Positions 59,915-64,000 of a stretch of DNA of 64,000 bases are shown here, in pieces (within the stretch, counting starts at the first letter, position 1; every line of letters starts with the position of its first letter). Under the pieces are notes generated by a model. The model saw nothing but the letters and a program-made list of their open reading frames with translations, was not told where the DNA came from and ran no database searches. The stretch is from Halocafeteria seosinensis. Lineage: Eukaryota. The DNA lies in assembly GCA_001687465.1 (NCBI GenBank), contig LVLI01000003.1, forward strand, positions 1 to 64,000, given 5' to 3'. A program made the position numbers and the translations under genes.

Positions 59915-60368
59915 TTAGATAAGTGCATACAGTATTGACCTCGCAGTTCCTTGGCTAACGACTTGATCAAGATTGACAAAGTCACACCGATCATATATGC
60001 CTAATATGCACTTTAACTTACTTAAACGATAAAACGAACTAAATATCTCCTTGCTTTAAAATGAAAGCGCAGCATCTCTCAGATTGTCCCGAGTCGGACT
60101 CCGACTAACCGTCAGTAGCAGGATCCTCTCCCGGCAGTACCGGCACATCCGTTGCGGCAATACATTGCCCCAGACTTCATGGCCGTTGACAGAAGAGCGT
60201 GAAATATTGTATTTGTTACTCGCACTATAGCTTAATGGAGGGTAGATAAACTTATAGGATCTATTTGCATTGCATGAAAGTTGAAAGGAAAGAGACGTTG
60301 ATTGTAATTTAAACAATTTTTAGTAATAGGTCTGAGCTGTTCTATATATGAATGAATAGAAGTGCAAT

Positions 60369-61453
60369 ATGAGCAAGTCTCCTAAAAGGCAGACAAAAGG
60401 AAGGGGTGGAAGCAGCCCCGGTGCCACTGGAGCAGCTGCTAGTGGCTCTTCTGTAGCGGTCACACAGTCCAACGGGACTCATTCCAAGTCTGAAGAGGAA
60501 TCTGCCGTACAGGTAAGACCCTCCCTGGTGCTCTCTAACGGTGATTAGCACCACTGCATTGTACTTGAAGTATTGCAGGATTTCATTTACATTCTAGAGC
60601 AGCATGCCACAAATTGTGAGCGCCAGGGGAAGTATATAGAGGCTGAAGTGGCCCGAAATCGTTTGGATGAGCTCAAAATCCACGAAGAAACACGAAAAAA
60701 GGAAGAGTTACGGGCTAGACAACTTGCTGAAAGGCTCGGAGTAGAAGAGGCTCATATGCAAGAGTTCCAGCAATTCAACATGGTATGGGATAAGAAAATG
60801 TCAGCATATGAAGAGAACGCTGCCGAGTTGATAATGGAGATGAAGGTAAGGCTTTGCTGTGAGTAGGGTTCGCATGGGACATGACGACCACTGAGTTGGA
60901 GGTGAATGTTGTCTAACAGGAACGACATGCGGCAGAGCTAAAAGATTTCCAGCAGCGCATGATAGCGTCCGCTACCGTTCAGCGACACTCCAAAGAACTG
61001 CTGAACCTTCGGAAGATTCAGAATACTCTAGCGAAGAACAAGAGATACGAAGACGCAGCTAAGCTAAAGGCTAAAGCTGACGAGCTCGTAAGTATCCTGT
61101 TCGAGTTCAGATGGTAGCCATTGTTGATTTTTGTATTTTTCCGGCTGTCCCGGCTTCAGATGACTTGGGAAGAGGAAAAGTGGCACAATGAACGTCAGGT
61201 TCAAATGTATCAAAAGGAGATGAGGTTTAAGGCAAAACTCAAACAGGAGTTGGTTGCCTTAAAAGATAGAATTCAACTAGGTAAAGCAGAAATGAAAAGG
61301 CAGAGACAGCGGGAGTTAGAGCAACTGCTTCAGCGGTACCAAAATGTAAAACGAGAACTTGATCGGACGCAAAGCCTGGAACGTGGAAAGTTCGAGGGCG
61401 CCTCTAAAGTAAGAATGAATAAAATCAAGGCCGCGAAGCAGAAACGAGGCTAG
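60369..61453 (+). CDS. Conserved coiled-coil protein of unknown function, 4 exons
   Basis: Three phase-0 GT-AG introns join SAVQ|DFIYILEQHATNCERQGKYIEAEVAR..., ERHAAEL...SKELLNLRKIQNTLAKNKRYEDA, and ELEQLLQRYQNVKREL. It resembles a family I recall from flagellated protists. Confidence 0.8.
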
Positions 61454-61503
61454 ACAAAGTCGTCAAAGTTGTTGGAAGCAAAAACAAAAGAAATACATAT
61501 TCC

Positions 61504-63189
61504 TCAATAGTCACTATTATTTACTGATCTCTCTCGGAAGCGAGGAGTTAAGTCTGCGTCCTCAGTGTCACTGGCGTAGCCAGTTGAGCTAATGGAAGAG
61601 GTAAAGGATGGTCGCCTATAGCAACCAGTACCGGCGTTATGTTGAGTACTTCCTTCAGGTTGCGTCATCAGGCCCACCAAAGGCATATATGGGGCATGTT
61701 CGCTTGATGGATACTCAGAGAGACAAGACGCTTCGTGGAAAGTTGAGTTATGTGAATCCCACCACACTTCGTAGTGTGAAAGGGAGGAGCGCGTTAACCG
61801 GGCCCCCATGTGCCTCGAGTCCTCTCGCCGTTGTAAGCTTTCATCCTTCTTCTTGTCTGTTTCTAGAGTACTGATAGAGACATCACTTGAAAACGTGTCG
61901 TGCTTCGAACGTTGACTGCTAGGAAATCTATATCTGGATGAGGTAATTCGCTTGTCACTGGGATCGCTATACTTATCAGAAGCACCATTCTTTCGAACAG
62001 ATGGGTTCCGTGTCAGCGTCGACTGACCGGATTCATTCCCACTTGTCGGACCCAGCGGTTCCGTATCTTCGAAGGACCAAGATGCACCGGTGTGCCATAA
62101 TGTCCTCTTCGCGGCGTTTTCGCTTGCAACTTCTCTAGGGCTCTTCGCTTGTAAAAAGCCAGCTGCCTTTAGTTCTTCGTTGAATGTCCCTGGCTCACCA
62201 TGTTTCCCAGTAGCTGCTAGAATGTCGGACTCTAAGCGTTGCTGGAATTTCTCAAGGGCCTCGTCGAAACCGGGGTCTGTAGAACCATCCTCGAAAGGCG
62301 CCATTTCTTCCACGTACTCACGTAAGGAATCCCGCAGTTCAACAAGTCGATTGATGACGGGAGTGGTATCTGCTCCAGGCTCACTGGTGTTAGGAGGAGT
62401 TTGCTCCGTGCGCTTTGTAGTTGCACTACGCACAACGGCCGAACAACCCCTCGCAGCCTTCAGAGCATCTATATTTAGCTTTGCCATAAGCCGTCGCTCT
62501 TGTTTGAATTCACCATCGGTATTTTGGCTGGTAGCATTGTCCAATTTCTCATTAGAGTCGCTTGGAAATCCCTGATACGGGTCTGACAAGGACCAGTTCA
62601 GCTTGACTCCACTAGCTAGAAAAGCCCGGACTGAACTACTGACAGCTGCACTTTCATCGTCTACAGGGTTCCCTGCATCTTCATGTCGTTTATCATATCT
62701 AATGATTGGGTCACCAGAATCCCATTTCGATGGCAATTCGTCGTGTCTTGGCTGTGCTCTACTTGGGACGGAATTCGTGCTCTCAGAGATGTCCCCACTC
62801 TTATCGGCGACACGGCCATTACATTTTGCTGGTAGCCCATCCTTTTTGGAAAAGGTACGGTTCTTCGTATCGAGATGATTATACGCATACCGGTCTCCCG
62901 TTGGCTGGTTCGTGCTCGCGCTGCAGAAGGCATGTTTGTGGAGGTGGCAAACAGGCACGCCACTTTCGTTCATTCCCATAACGTCCTGGATGACCCGCGC
63001 AGCGCTGTGTTGTCCATCTTCATACTCTTGCCTCGTTTCCGAGGAAGGGGACTTATCCGGTGGGGCGAAGCAAAACGAGGCGTCAATTCCCGCGTCCTGG
63101 AAATTCTTCACGACATTACGAGTTGCGTCTTCGTTGAAGTTTTCCCAAGCGCTCACGGCTCGCAGGGCCTGAGCCTGTTTTCCCTTCAT
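61504..63189 (-). CDS. Hypothetical Ser/Asp-rich low-complexity protein (561 aa)
   Basis: Uninterrupted 561-codon ORF with an in-frame TAA immediately before the ATG. No family recognised. Confidence 0.7.
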   Translation of the reverse strand: MKGKQAQALRAVSAWENFNEDATRNVVKNFQDAGIDASFCFAPPDKSPSSETRQEYEDGQHSAARVIQDVMGMNESGVPVCHLHKHAFCSASTNQPTGDRYAYNHLDTKNRTFSKKDGLPAKCNGRVADKSGDISESTNSVPSRAQPRHDELPSKWDSGDPIIRYDKRHEDAGNPVDDESAAVSSSVRAFLASGVKLNWSLSDPYQGFPSDSNEKLDNATSQNTDGEFKQERRLMAKLNIDALKAARGCSAVVRSATTKRTEQTPPNTSEPGADTTPVINRLVELRDSLREYVEEMAPFEDGSTDPGFDEALEKFQQRLESDILAATGKHGEPGTFNEELKAAGFLQAKSPREVASENAAKRTLWHTGASWSFEDTEPLGPTSGNESGQSTLTRNPSVRKNGASDKYSDPSDKRITSSRYRFPSSQRSKHDTFSSDVSISTLETDKKKDESLQRREDSRHMGARLTRSSLSHYEVWWDSHNSTFHEASCLSEYPSSEHAPYMPLVGLMTQPEGSTQHNAGTGCYRRPSFTSSISSTGYASDTEDADLTPRFRERSVNNSDY

Positions 63190-64000
63190 TTACGACACCG
63201 TGCGTGACCACCGTATCCTACGCCGGAACGGAAGTTCAATCTTTCCGCCAATCGTGTTCTGCATGAACCGAAAACTGAAGTGGGAACCCTGATACGCGCC
63301 GACCGATTCGTTGCAGTTCAAAACCTTTTTTGTAGTTTCCACATAGGGAACTAGAAGGGGGAATCTCTGGTTGAAGTTCCCTTCCTACCTCCACTTTCTA
63401 TTTTCAAAAGGCCACTTACTTATTCTGCAGCCACCATAGAGCACAGCGGATTTCGCTAGCATGTGTTTAGTTCTTGTACGAGTATACGGTTCAGCTATCG
63501 ATCATCACTCGTCCCTGGTATCTAGCAGTCGAATGGCATCTGTATACTGTACAGCCCCGCTTTTCCCACTTTTCTTGGTACGTAATGAACGTTCTCTTTT
63601 CTTCGATGAATAGAACTCTCCACTCAGTGAATCATTTGCAGGCACCATGAGTCCCAATCAGCAACAATTGGAACTGGTCTCGCTCGAGTAATACTTCACT
63701 TAAAGAAATAGAATTGAACTCCCAGCAACTGCACTCGCCGTAGGACGTCGGTCATGCCTCGTCCTACCAGTGCCGTTGGGTTGTGAAGTTGAAGTTGTGA
63801 AGTGTTCAAAATGATTGCAAGTTGAATTCCATCTGGAATTTAGAAGTGTTTTCGAAGTTTTCCTTGTCTAATGGCGGTAGAGAGGGCGTTCCGGTCAACA
63901 TGGAGGAAGTACTCAATACTTCCCAGGCTCTCTGTAAGAGACTAGGGAATGACCAAGTGAGCGTGGAGGAGGCCCTATCCCGGGCGTACATGATACCGGA

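Noticed and set aside
63806..64000. Possible last exon of a minus-strand gene at the window edge (gtatca..ttacag intron)
   Set aside because: The frame and product cannot be determined without the flanking sequence.
1..64000. Alternative genetic code, non-canonical introns, CRISPR arrays or prokaryotic defence systems
   Set aside because: Every conserved gene is restored with standard GT-AG introns and standard stops, and there are no spaced repeat arrays or operons.

Overview
Compact eukaryotic (protist-like) nuclear DNA with about 26 protein-coding genes, standard genetic code, and mostly short (roughly 55-90 nt) GT-AG introns, which I rebuilt by hand from the sequence. Recognisable genes: VPS50/syndetin, a Ubc7/UBE2G E2, bacterial-type (mitochondrial) RPS6, HGD, an LMBR1-family protein, PEX6, a POT peptide transporter, two ATP10 paralogs, a PIG3-type quinone oxidoreductase, eIF1/SUI1, a bacterial-type GlmS/GFAT, an AFG2/SPATA5-family AAA ATPase, AP-3 sigma, acylpeptide hydrolase, a USP with DUSP domains, NCKX and a GT8. 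A stramenopile-like host is my inference only. I can support no tRNA, rRNA, CRISPR array or intact transposon. Best leads: (1) a chimera joining a degenerate eIF4G-type MIF4G domain to about 11 24-aa LRRs, possibly a decoy-type sensor; (2) a tandem pair of 6TM + split-PAS membrane sensors with no output domain; (3) near-strict strand alternation, with three convergent pairs whose stop codons are only 4-11 nt apart; (4) a recurrent TCCGGGC-N5-GCCCGGA palindrome in divergent promoters. All family calls are from motif recognition, not database searches.
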